A stretch of 64,000 bases of DNA from Pocillopora damicornis. Its lineage: Eukaryota. The DNA lies in the NCBI RefSeq assembly GCF_003704095.1, contig NW_020843934.1:124001-188000 (forward strand). Direction: 5' to 3'. The position numbers and the translations under genes were made by a program. This document shows positions 12,873 through 24,915 of the stretch, piece by piece (the first letter of the stretch is position 1; every line of letters begins with the position of its first letter). Under the pieces are notes generated by a model. It saw nothing but the letters and a program-made list of their open reading frames with translations, had not been told where the DNA came from and ran no database searches.

Positions 12873-15619
12873 CTAGGGCCGGGGGTTAGCCATGCACTCC
12901 TTGTACTTTGGTGTTTCGTACCAGGAGCACGCGGTCCCTTTGGAGTTTTTCACACAATAGGAGTGGTCCCACTCACAAGGGTTCCTGTAAGGAGACAGAT
13001 AGTTTGAAGCACATCCTTTGAGCTTTCCGCAGTCTCTGCCGTGACACGGTGCAAGCTGACAATCACAGTTTTGCCCATAGAAGCGCTTGATACCAACACG
13101 TACAGCCTGGCGCTTGAGGACTTGGGACCAATCTTGTACAAAATTGCATAAGCTCACCCAAAGTTTACCGTTGGCAAACCACCCGAAGATGACGTACCTT
13201 TTGCCGTTCTGAATCCCGATAAGACCACACCTCGTGGCACTACTTTTGAAAGTGTAGACCTTGGCAAAAAGACTTCCCTGGTTGGACCCATAAGACCGAA
13301 CTCCCTCGGTTTTGTTTAGTGCTGTCGCTCCCTTGTAAGTCTTCAGGATTCGCATACCGATTATTTTTTTGTGCCCCTCTACTTCTTGGGACAAAATCTT
13401 CGCACGTATCACTGAAAACGAAACAAGAATTAGGTTCATCTTATCTTCTTTTCACCGAATGAACACAATTACTTCCAGTCAAAATAGAAATAATGATTAT
13501 TAGGATATTAGAAGTATTTTATATAAAACAGTTTCAGTAAACTATCTTTAAGGACAATTCTAAACACGAAAAACAAATTCATCCAAAGATATGTTTAATA
13601 AGAAAAGTCTTCATCTGTAATGGTTAGCGACTAACATTCCGCTGTATCATAAGGGGGCTGGGTGAAACTGGGTCAGTATATGAGAATGCAACATGTTCAG
13701 GAGTCTTTCGATCTGCCTTGGCAAACTAGTAATAAGAATTCGGAAACTTGAGAGAAAAAAAATCAAATCACGAAATTCTTTAAACGAAAATGTGCACCAG
13801 CCAAAAAGGAGAATCGCTTATGAGATCTTGGTAGTGCAAATGTCTCTGTTCGTATCAGTGTGTTGTTAGGAGCTTGAATAGGTGAACATGACCAGAAACC
13901 AGGATTAATAATGTAGTTCAGAAGAACGTGCCTTGCGGCAAATGGAAATGATTCCTTTAGCTCTTGTTCTACTAACTGGATATTTAAAAGTTGAACTATA
14001 AGGATCAGTGTTTCTCGTGATTTGACCTTGACATGAGAAATTTAGGTCTCGCAAAAAATTCCACCTCAACCTTCGCAATGACCAACACAAAGAGTCTAAC
14101 CTCTAAAACTATTTCCGTTCTCAGTGGAGGCTATCGCAGCTAAACTTGAAGTACCTTTACAGAAGTTGCCAGCACTGGAGGAAGCCTCACAAAACGCTAG
14201 ATTAGAAACGTTATTTTGTCCCAAGAACAAACCAATAGTTCAAATTATGCGGGTAATATCAGCGTTTAAATCGAAGCGAAAAATGGTGACTGCGTGAAAC
14301 AGAGCAAAACGAAGAATCGGAGCTATTTCTAAGGCGGGAACATAGCACGCACGTTTTTACAGCCATATCTGACCACACTATCGGTGCTTTTGTAAAAACA
14401 TAAAAGTTCCCTCTGCGCAGCACGCGAGCTACGTACCCGGTGAAGATAATGATTGATAAAGTGGAGATCAAAGCAACCCGCAAAGCCAGCTAAAACAACA
14501 CCAATATTCGGTTCATATTTCAATAGGAAATTGAGTGATTTTTCCTTGTTTGGTTTTCTCCTTTCCTGCGGAGTAATTCAAGTTCTTCACAAGATTCTTT
14601 CTCTCGGTCTCTGAACCGATCAATTACAATGATGCTTGTACGGACTGCTGTGTGAGCGCTCCGATCTGAGCTTCAATTTACTCAAGGATGCTACTCTTTC
14701 TAAAATGCGAGTACTTATTCGTGATATTGTGACATCAACGGAAGGATTATGTGCTTTGTTCATAAGTGGATAATTATTTTGAACAATCTACAAAGCCCAA
14801 AAAGCAAACAGAAAGGACGTTAGAGGTTGTTTGTGCAAACAAATGGGCTGTTTGTTTTATCTTGAGATGAAAGCACACATCTTCGACAGGAAGTGTCGAT
14901 GATACATAGAAGAAATGTTGAAACGCCAATTAACAATTGGTTCATGTTTTAGCGTGCGCTATCGAGTTATGGAGCACGTGGGAAGTTTGGAGAGCACGAA
15001 AGAAGCGTGAGACTTGCCCGAGGCAATAGCCGAGGGCAACTCTAGCTTCTTGAGTAACGGTTTTCAGTTTCATCCAGTTGTTTTTAGTTTTAATCGAGTC
15101 TTCCTATTCCGATGAAAATTTCTATGAGAAACTCTTATGTCCCACGTATAAACTTGATTATCTTGAAAAGTCAATGGTCGAGTTTTGCTAATTTATAGCG
15201 TTTTTTCGCAGTATATATACCGGTGAAGAATGCAAAAGAAATACAACTGTTTCATGCCAACTCGAAAGTCGAAAAGTTGACCCGCTAAATGAACTCGGTG
15301 GACGATTAGATTCTGCATAAAACTCTGCCCAAATAAAACATACTCTTCAAGGACGCCCTTAAAACAGTTCTTTTACTACTAGGAAGTCAATATTTTGTTT
15401 GAGAAGTGCACCATGTGTGCGCGAGCAAGAAAAAGCGAGGGCGCCGTGAGTTTTACCATGGAATTTCAAACACCTTTGTCTTACAGTCTAGTGAATGATT
15501 CGCAACTTACCAAATCCCGCATTACAGAAGGCTTCCTGGGGATGTTGCGGCCTACAAGTACAGGCCTGGCTTAAAGCCACGAGACCTAGGAACAAAGCAG
15601 CATGAACGATAAAGGACAT
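12873..15619 (-). CDS. TIMP: TIMP C, canonical two-exon TIMP (mature N-terminus CTCRPQHPQEAFC); about 215 aa, 14 mature Cys
   Basis: Exon 1 at 15619-15511 reads MSFIVHAALFLGLVALSQA|CTCRPQHPQEAFCNAGF, then G|gtaag. Exon 2 at 13411-12873 follows ttttcag and reads VIRAKIL...TYKG...TRCG...SLCNFVQDW...NCDC...ACSW...KEC. A TATATAA box lies at about 15724-15730 (minus strand). Confidence 0.92.
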
Positions 15620-16156
15620 TCTCTCCTTGTGTCGTTGTTGTACACTTCAACTCTCTACTTTGCCTCGCTTGTTGAGGATTAAAAAGAGTGATTCGTGTAT
15701 CTGATAGCTGGCTCAGTTTCTGCTTATATACTGACATCATCAGCGCGTGTCAAAGGTGATATCCCGCAGAGCCAGGTGCAGCGGACGAAAGCTCCGTGCC
15801 ATGCGTCACTGAAACGTGTAAGCAAGCAGAAATATGTGTTACGAAACCGTATTTCCTCTGAAAGTGTGAACTCGGAGGATTCTGGGAAGGGGATCACACG
15901 GTTTTCGGGGGGGGAGGGGGGGCGGCGGTGGGAGGAGGTAAGTCGTCGCCAACAGAATACAAAGAGGGTGCTATAGAAATTGACTGAAAATCTTCCGAGC
16001 CCCCCCCCCCCTACACAGGTGATAAATAATGACCTGTCTACCGGTCCCTTAGTAAGACTTTTCTTTTGGCCTTCGGTAAGAACGGTAAGAAGTCTGGAGG
16101 AAAAGTTGGAAGAGAGTTACACCGAAGTAAAGAAGAGAAGAAAATTGTTATGAAAG

Positions 16157-16709
16157 GACAGTGAGCATACAGTTTGACTGTTTGGATCAGAGCGACAGAA
16201 GAATATTAGGAACAGTGATAAAAATGGTGAGAAGTCTTGTGGGAAAGGGACAGTGAGCATACAGTTTGACTGTTTGGATCAGAGTGACAGAAGAATATTA
16301 GGAACAGGGATAAAAATGGTGAGAAGTCTAGTGGGAAAGAGACAGTGAGCATACAGTTTGACTGTTTGGATCAGAGCGACGGAAGAATATTAGGAACAGT
16401 GATAAAAATAGTAAGAAGTCTAGTGGGAAAGGGACAGTGAGCATACAGTTTGACTGTTTGGATCAGAGCGACGGAAGAATATTAGGAACAGGGATAAAAA
16501 TGGTGAGAAGTCTAGTGGGAAAGGGACAGTGAGCATACAGTTTGACTGTTTGGATCAGAGTGACGGAAGAATATTAGGAACAGGGATAAAAATAGTAAGA
16601 AGTCTAGTGGAAAAGGGACAGTGAGCATACAGTTTGACTGTTTGGATCAGAGCGACAGAAGAATATTAGGAACAGGGATAAAAATGGTAAGAAGTCTAGT
16701 GGGAAAGGG
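16157..16709 (+). repeat. Minisatellite, 6 copies of a 92-bp unit
   Basis: gtgagcatacagtttgactgtttggatcagag recurs at 16161, 16253, 16345, 16437, 16529 and 16621. Confidence 0.95.
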
Positions 16710-16804
16710 AAATAGTTGGAGCAGAGTTACACGGAAGTTAAAGAGAAGAGGAACATTTTTTAGACCAGAGGAGGATGGAAGTAGAAGTAGAACAAATTCA
16801 GTAG

Positions 16805-17330
16805 GAACAGTGGAAGATTGGAATAGTAAAATACTGGAATAGTGGAAGATTGGAATAGTAAAATATTGGAAAAGTGGAAGATTGGAATNNNNNNNNNNNN
16901 NNNNNNNNNNNNNNNNNNNNNNNNNNNNNNNNNNNNNNNNNNNNNNNNNNNNNNNNNNNNNNNNNNNNNNNNNNNNNNNNNNNNNNNNNNNNNNNNNNNN
17001 NNNNNNNNNNNNNNNNNNNNNNNNNNNNNNNNNNNNNNNNNNNNNNNNNNNNNNNNNNNNNNNNNNNNNNNNNNNNNNNNNNNNNNNNNNNAGTGGAAGA
17101 TTGGAATAGTGCAAGATTGGAATAGTTAAATATTGGAATAGTGGATGATTGGAATAGTAAAATATTGGAATAGTGGAAGATTGGAATAGCAAAATATTGG
17201 AATAGTGGAAGATGGGAATAGTGGAAGATTGGAATAGTAAAAGATTGGAATAGTGGAAGATTGGAATAGTAGAACACTGGAATAGTGGAAGATTGGAATA
17301 GTAGAACACTGGAATAGTGGAACAGTGAAA
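16805..17330 (+). repeat. Purine-rich satellite built from 8-bp units (TGGAATAG / TGGAAGAT / TAAAATAT), spanning a gap; shorter inverted copy at about 20065-20190
   Basis: The 8-bp units are directly visible. Confidence 0.9.
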
Positions 17331-18026
17331 CAAAGGAACAGAGGAACATGAGAATAGGGCAAGAGAAGAACAGAGGAACATGATAAGGTATAAAAAGAGC
17401 TCGGACGAAATGAACAGAGGATTAAAAGTATACAAGGACAATAGAAAACGAGGAACGGTTAAACTGAGAGGAAAAATAGGAACAAATATACAAAGGAACA
17501 GAGGAATACACGGACAAAAGAACGGATGGAAAGAGAAACGTAGAAACATAAAGACAGAAGGAGGACCAGAGGATAAACCCTCACCTCTTCATAGTATCAG
17601 TAAGAGACGAAGTGGCTTAATGCTCATTGCACTGGACTCCGGGTCGAGAGGTTTCGGGTCGAGAGGTCCCGGGTCGAGAGGTCCTGGTTCGAGACCTGGC
17701 AGGTCAACGTGTAGGCTCCAGTAAAGACCTTACCTGGACCTCTCTTCATAGTATCAGTTCCTGCCTTGGCCGTGGTTTTCACGTTGGCAGTTATTGGTTT
17801 GGAAAACATTTTTGGGAGAACTTTTTCAATCAGATTTCCTTTAAAAATGTTTGGTTTAATCTTGGCAAAAATTTGCCATTCATGATACAAAGATCGAGAA
17901 AAACTTCATTAGGTTAATGAAAATATCTATCAGCCATACTCGGCATTTTGTGCGTTATTTTTTTTTCTAAAAGTCTAAAACTAACGTTGTAGTTTTTTTG
18001 CAAATAGTATGTTCTTTGTTCAGTTC

Positions 18027-18565
18027 CTATGGTTTCACTTTGGTGATGCAGCTCTTGTAGTGACTGGTTTTACGCCAAGAGCATGCGGTTTTCTCAGCAT
18101 TTTGAATGCAGTAGGAATGACCCCATTCGCAGCTGTTGTGATCGATTCCAGAAGGCTTACCACACCCCTTTAGCTTCGGCTTCTTGTCACAAAACACAGT
18201 GTAACACGGCGAGATCTGACAGGCGCAGTTTCCTCGGTAAAACCGCCGTACCCCAAGACGCTGGCGCACAGTGATTTGAGGCCATTCTTGGTTCCAGTGA
18301 CACTGATTGAGCTCTAGCTTTCTTTTCCTGACCTGGCCTGAGATGAGGTACACTTTGTTGTTATTCAGTTTGACCCCGCACAGGCTATCAAGAGTAAAGG
18401 TGTAAGCTTTGGCAAAAAGGCTTCGCTGTCTCGAGCCGTAAACATTGACGCTGTCCATCTCATGGAGTCGGTGTTCTCCTTTATATGTTTTCAGGATGCG
18501 GAGGTCGAAGATACGAGTAAAATTGTCGAGGTATTCCTCTTGAAACAAAACCTTTGCTCGGATAA
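18027..18565 (-). CDS. TIMP: TIMP exon 2 (type B/D); no exon 1 is assembled on the same strand
   Basis: After a tctag acceptor it reads (V)IRAKVLFQ...TYKG...DSLCGV...NQCHW...NCAC...SYC...ACSW...KSC. Phase 1 is compatible with exon 1 at 7225-7339. Confidence 0.88.
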
Positions 18566-19146
18566 CTAGACATGGGAAGGAAAAATACAGATAGTAACAA
18601 TGTTTTCTAGTACACCGTAACTAGGAAACTATTTTTTTCATTGTAGCGCCATCTTTCTGTATATGAACCACACATAGCCCACAATTCCTCCACTCGCTTG
18701 GATGAAGGGCTTACGCTCGAAATGCTCGAATCCCAATACAAGTGATAAAATCAAATGATCTTGTAATAACCCCCGCAGACACAGCACCACAGTTTCTTTT
18801 TCTCTCTAGAAACAGTCAGTCTCCTTCGCGCTTTCGCCTTCGCAGCCACTCTTTGGATTGTCAGGCAAGGTTTACTACATAAGAAGCGTAGGGCGGGTGG
18901 GCATTAGACAAACGGCACGCGCGGTTGTCCCACAAACGCTGACCCCACCATTTTATTTTCGCACACTCGCTTTTTCGACCAAGAGTCTTACACAGTGTAC
19001 TTCAAACGAAAGAAAGTAACCACAGCTGCCAATCAGAACAAGGTAANNNNNNNNNNNNNNNNNNNNNNNNNNNNNNNNNNNNNNNNNNNNNNNNNNNNNN
19101 NNNNNNNNNNNNNNNNNNNNNNNNNNNNNNNNNNNNNNNNNNNNNN

Positions 19147-19249
19147 CGAATGGGGTCATTCCTACTGCATTCAAAATGCTGAGAAAACCGCATGCTCTTG
19201 ACGTAAAACCAGTCACTACAAGACCTGCATCACCAAAGTGAAACCATAG
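19147..19249 (+). pseudogene. TIMP: 3' end of a second copy of the B/D TIMP exon 2 with a premature stop (TGG to TGA)
   Basis: Reads EWGHSYCIQNAEKTACS*RKTSHYKTCITKVKP* with TGA at 19199-19201, where the 18027-18565 copy encodes Trp. The 5' part is hidden in the gap at 19046-19146. Confidence 0.7.
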
Positions 19250-20623
19250 GAACTGAACAAAGAACATGCAAAAAAAGACTAAAACGAAAGAGAGGGAGAG
19301 AGAGAAAAGAGTAAAACACTTTAATATTAGCCAATTCACTTCGTTAGTTTTAGACTTTTAGAAAAAAAAACACACACAGAATGCCGAGTATGGCTGATAG
19401 ATATTTTCATTAACCTAATGACGTTTTTCTCGATCTTTGTATCATGAATGGCAAATTTTTGCCAAGATTAAACCAAACGTTTTTAAAAGGAAATTTGATT
19501 GAAAAAGTCGTCCCAGAAGTGTTTTCTAAACCAATAACTGCCAACGTGAAAACCACGGCCAAGTCAGGAACTGATACTATGAAGAGAGGTAAGGTCCTTT
19601 TCGCCCACCCACCTCCCCTCGGCATTTCATCAGGCTTCCCTGAGAATTCAAGGTAGAGAGGTACTGTGAGATGAGAGTGTTTTGCCCAAGAACATAACGC
19701 TATGCCAGGTCTCGAACCAGGACCTCTCGACCCAGGACCTCTCGACCAGGAGTCCAGTGCAATGAGCATTAAGCCACTTCGTCTCTTACTGATACTATAA
19801 AGAGGTGAGGGTTTATCCTCTGGTCCTCCTTCTGTCTTTATGTTTCTACGTTTCTCTTTCCATCCGTTCTTTTGTCCGTGTATTCCTCTGTTCCTTTGTA
19901 TATTTGTTCCTATTTTTCCTCTCAGTTTAACCGTTCCTCGTTTTCTATTGTCCTTGTATACTTTTAATCCTCTGTTCATTTCGTCCGAGCTCTTTTTATA
20001 CCTTATCATGTTCCTCTGTTCTTCTCTTGCCCTATTCTCGTGTTCCTCTGTTCCTTTGTTTCACTGTTCCACTATTCCAGTGTTCTACTATTCCAATCTT
20101 CCACTATTCCAATATTTTACTATTCCAATCTTCCACTATTCCAATCTTCCACTATTCCAATATTTTACTATTCCAATCTTCCACTGTTCCTACTGAATTT
20201 GTTCTACTTCTAATTCCATACTCCTCTGGTCTAAAAAAATCCTCCGAGTCCCCTCAAGCGTTAAAAAAATGGCCCCTGACGTTTCATCACAAAACATGCA
20301 CGGCAGATGACATGACAGGAATGTGCCAGTTAACTTCATGTTTTATAAAGGAAGTGAGAAATAGGACGCTTATTTCACACTTTAAGAGGAAATACGGTTT
20401 CGTAACACATATTTCTGCTGCTTACGCGTTTCAGCGACGCATGGCACGGAGCTTTCGTCAGCTGCACCCGGCTCTGCGGGATATCACATTTGACACGCGC
20501 TGATGATGTCAGTATATAAGCTGCAACTGAACCAGCTATCAGATACAGCAATCACTCTTTTTAATCCTCAACAAGCGAGGCAAAGTAGAGAGTTGAAGTG
20601 TACAACAACGACACAAGGAGAGA

Positions 20624-20732
20624 ATGTCCTTTATCGTTCACGCTGCTTTGTTCCTGGGTTTCGTGGCTTTAAGCCAGGCCTGCAGTTGTATGCCGCAACA
20701 TCCCCAGGAAGCCTTCTGCAATGCGGGATTTG
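20624..20732 (+). CDS. TIMP: TIMP C' exon 1 (second copy or allele; mature N-terminus CSCMPQHPQEAFC); exon 2 not assembled, probably lost at the gap 21642-21741
   Basis: MSFIVHAALFLGFVALSQA|CSCMPQHPQEAFCNAGF, then G|gtaag. It differs from 15619-15511 at 7 of 109 nt. A TATATAA box lies at about 20513. Confidence 0.85.
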
Positions 20733-23217
20733 GTAAGTTGCGAATCATTCACTAGACTGTAAAACTAAGGTGTTTGAAATTCCATGGTAAAATGTAACTC
20801 ACGGCGCCCTCGCTTTTTCTTGCTCGCGCATACATGGTGCACTTCTCAAACAAAACATTGACTTCCTGGTAGTAAAAGAACTGTTTTAAGGGTGTCCTTG
20901 AAGAGCATATTTTATTTGAGCAGAGTTTTATGCAGAATCTAATCGTCCGCCGAGTTCATTTAGCGGGTCAACTTTTCGACTTGAGTTGGCATGAAACAGT
21001 TGTATTTATTTTGCATTCTTCACTGATATAAATACTAGGAAAAAACGTTATGAATTTTCAGAATGCTCATAGAATCTAAGTGAAGAATCAACAAGCTCCA
21101 CAGTTTCATGATTTAAGCCTAATTTTAACACCAGAGTACAAGCGTTATTTAGGCCTGTTTGTGATAGACTGTGCACCTACTGAATTACAGCAGTTCTGAA
21201 AATTGTGTAACCTGCAGTCGAACTCAGTAGTTTCAGTTAGGCGATGCATTCAAAGCCACCCAAAAAGCTAACCCATCAGCAGCCTTCATCACTTCAAACG
21301 CGCGAAGCATTCGATACTTAAAAGAGGAAATTGGCGTTTCAACATTTCTTCTATGTATCATCGACACTTCCTGTCGAAGATGTGTGCTTTCATCTCAAGA
21401 TAAAACAAACAGCCCATTTATTTGCACAAACAACCACTAATGTCCCTTCTGTTTGCTTTTTTTGTTATGATATGCGGTCGCTTTGTAGATTGTTCCAAAT
21501 ATTTATCCACTTATGAACAAAGCACATAATCCTCTCGTTGATATCACGGATACGCACTCGCGTTTTTAAACGTGTAGCATCCTTGAGTAAATTGAAGCTC
21601 AGATCGGAGCGCACGCTCAGCAGTCCGTACATGCATCATTGNNNNNNNNNNNNNNNNNNNNNNNNNNNNNNNNNNNNNNNNNNNNNNNNNNNNNNNNNNN
21701 NNNNNNNNNNNNNNNNNNNNNNNNNNNNNNNNNNNNNNNNNGGTTTTTCTGATTTTAAATAATTGAATTAGTCCTAAGTCTTTCAAAATATTGTAGCGTT
21801 GAGTCTAAGTTACATTTTGAAAAAGTAAGAATAAAATTAGTTCAAGACAAGCTGTGACACATGTTGATTACGATATCTTATTTTAAAAGAGTAATTCTGT
21901 TCCGACTGTTGAAAATTTACTGTCATTCACAAATTTTTTTGCAGCTTTTATGTGAATGTCAATTGACTCAAGGTCGTTAAGCCAAACCACAGTGATCACA
22001 ATGACCAATCAGAACAAAGGAAATATCACAAGGAACCAATGAGAATTCACAGAAGAAACACGCAAACTGCCTTAAGCGCGGGAAAACAAAAGGGGCAAAG
22101 TCGCACTTGGTTTTATCTTTGTATCTAATTGGTCGAGAGGGTGGCGCGAGTTTTCAAGACCAATAAAAGATCGTCTCGAAGCGAAATCAATACATTTCCG
22201 GAATACTCTCGAAACTATGTTGAATACTGTTCTATATATACTCTGACACGGAGGATCACATAATACGACCGGCACATAATTCTGATTACCTCGTTCCCGA
22301 GCCATCGAGAGCTCAAACATGAAAGAAGCACATTGCCTGAGGCGCGAGAACACGCGAGTTACAAGTCGCGATTAGATTTAGTTTTTCATCTAAATGGCTG
22401 AGAGCTTAGCGCCAGTTTTCTGGACCAATCACTGGACGCAATAAAGCAAAACAAATACAATGACTCTTCAGTTAATGAGACAATGCTCCCAGCGACGTTA
22501 TGCTTATAGGAGCTGGAGAAGAAACATAAATATGTAGCAAAGCGCGAGCCAGGAAATTAGGAATTATCATTTGTTTGTTATAGTCTGTACCATTTGTGAT
22601 AATTTAAGGTTATGTGTGAAGTTACGCGTTACAGTATTTTTAAGGCAAAATTGACTGAGACGACGATTCGTAAATGTGTTTGCCTTTGGTAATTTCCTAC
22701 CCATCCACGTTCCTTATTTATAAGATTAGTCGGTACTTCTAAGTAAGACTAAAGCTATAACCTGAGCTTAGCTCCTTAACTGGGCACAAAATAGAAAGAA
22801 CTGAAGCGATTAACACTGAGTTGAATGCCCTATATGAACTGTAATAGCTAAATCGAATCTTTTATTAACGCGCACTTCTGACCCAGACAAAATAAACCAC
22901 GGTGATGGTCCGATATTTTGGTTGAACAGAGGCAAGTTGTCTCAAAGTCCCTTAAATACTAACGCGATATTTTTAAATATGCCCGAAATAAAGAAGCCAT
23001 GGTCCAGTTTATGAAATTCTCAAATAATCAGTTTAGAACTGTTAGATTGCAAAAACAACAATAAAGAAAAAAGCAAAGAGATTCGCCGCCAAACGACGCA
23101 TTCACACGCAGGGTGGCAAGATTACTAGCTTGCTACCCACTCGGCGTCTTCTTGTAACGATTACGTTAGTCGTTTATTGTGGGATTTTAAAGCAACTTTG
23201 TTTGTTCACTCCCCTAC

Positions 23218-23428
23218 TTAACCTTTTGACCCTGAGAGTGACTAGTATGTAATTTCTCCTTACAATACTAACCATGAATTACACATTAAGGTAACGAGAG
23301 TAAAGGAAATGATCACCAACTCAAGAAGCTCTTGATTGTTATACAAAATCTTCTCGTCAAAACCTTTGGAAATTTATAGAGAACAGTATGGAGAATATGC
23401 ACACTGATATCAGGGTGTAAAGGGTTAA
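23218..23428 (+). mobile_element. About 210-bp TTAA-flanked MITE (piggyBac-like ends); many related copies in the window
   Basis: ttaa|ccttttgacc...gtaaaggg|ttaa. Related copies lie at about 1828-2032, 4298-4958 (split), 12568-12762, 34420-34625, 41690-41805, 45866-46052, 46483-46691, 53008-53198, 60820-61030 and 62310-62492. Confidence 0.75.
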
Positions 23429-24915
23429 TTCTTAGCTCAAGCTTGGCTCCAAATCTATTATTTCTATTTTCAATTTCAATTTCTTTAAAACACTTTTGAC
23501 ATTACGGATCATGCAACGCATGTCAGTTAGGAACCTTGTGTATGGCTTACTGTGGTAAAGAGTTCATCTCAGGCGGTAGAGCACCCGACTGCGAAACTAC
23601 ATGGAAGATGTAATTTTCGACCTTTCAATGGAGTTTTAAATCGATATTTTGGTGTAATATAGGAAATTTGTCCCCATTTAGTTTCAATTAACGATGCAAT
23701 ATTTTTAACTATGACCACCTGTATCGAAACTATGATAGGCACGACAGCAAATCTTCAAGGGTTTCTTTGTTCTTTGCTAGATGAAGTTGCTAAAACTCTC
23801 TCTTTCTTATACATTTCACCAAAATTGCTAAAAAGGAGGAACTTTTATACGATTTTTAATTCTGTAAATGTTGGCGTCATCACAAGGGGAAACATGCAAT
23901 CTGTTGGAAGGCCGGTGTAAATTTGAAGTGACGAGAGAACCCATCACACCAATTATTAAAACTGGACTGACTTCTCTTGAACGGAAAGATTCATTAGTTT
24001 GCGGCCTTCAGAACCACTTCTATCTGCAGAGAGGAGGAAGTTAGATACATTTCAATCATTACCGGGGCACTATTTGTGTGGTATTTTGTCGGCATTTTGA
24101 ACCACTTAATTAAAACTGCTGGCGTGTTGCAGAATGATGCCTGTTGCAAGTCACTGATAGAAGTTATTGATAACCTCTTTTTTCCTTATTTAGCTTTTAA
24201 CAGGTAGTTCACGTTCCCACATGCATTTACATCGTTAAAGTTTGAATTTGATTTTCAAGTGAAGCAACTTGACGTTAGCAATGTGAATTTTCAGTGGTAA
24301 AAAGGCGTGGTAACCGACACGGAGAACTGAAATAACTGAAAATGTTCAATTCTGTATATGTCTTTACAGTCCACAAAAATGCAAGGTACAGCTACATTAT
24401 GACACACACCTAAAACGAAATATGGATCCTCAACCACTTCCAAGAAAGAAACTGCCTGGTAATATATACTAAATCGTAGTAAATTAAGCAATTTTAAAGT
24501 TGCCAACTCTCATAACAAATGACTGCAATCATTGTGTAGTTAATCACAGTTCCATTCAAGTCACTGAGCTCATGAGAACAACTTAGAACTTTCCTTGTTT
24601 GGTTTGTTTTTTCGTTTATTTCACTTTCAGTCCCTGACATACGTCATCGTCTGCCGGCGAACTCGGCATAATTAGAGGCAAATATTTCATGTTAGACTTC
24701 ACTTAAAAGATAGACTAATGAGATTAATCTTTTGGCCGGATTCATTAAAATAATCCAATAAATTTTATTGGAAAAATTGAAAACTTTTCATTGGTAGATT
24801 ACCAAGATTCCTTTCTAGAGTATACAAGACAGATCTTTTGGTCAGGACATCAGAAACAGGTTGAGGTACGACGGTGACAACTGTGCTGTGTTCTGAAGTA
24901 AAAACAGGGCTTCCA

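Larger units (their letters stand above)
14622..21795. repeat. Inverted duplicated blocks: 14622-14930 vs 21330-21641; 15195-15880 vs about 20235-21050; 16757-18130 vs 19147-20235; also 12004-12057 vs 21742-21795
   Basis: Direct reverse-complement comparison. The same ORFs appear on opposite strands (e.g. MIRYKKSSDEMNRG at 17380 plus and 20009 minus). Confidence 0.9.

Noticed and set aside
16157-16709. Regularly spaced repeats resembling a CRISPR array
   Set aside because: The whole 92-bp unit repeats with no unique spacers, there are no cas genes, and the context is eukaryotic. It is a minisatellite.
16647-17549. 300-aa ORF and related ORFs at 16798-17349, 19840-20196 and 20027-20503
   Set aside because: These are translations of the 8-bp satellite and pyrimidine-rich sequence, partly running through Ns, with no domain signal.
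17380-17724. ORF with GSRGP repeats (also 19410-20009 minus)
   Set aside because: It derives from a purine-rich tract plus a short internal repeat of a SINE-like element, and is not a supported gene.
5335-18565. Three TIMP second exons are each exactly 539 coding nt
   Set aside because: Internal indels differ between them and TIMP E has 560 nt. Treated as shared ancestry plus coincidence.
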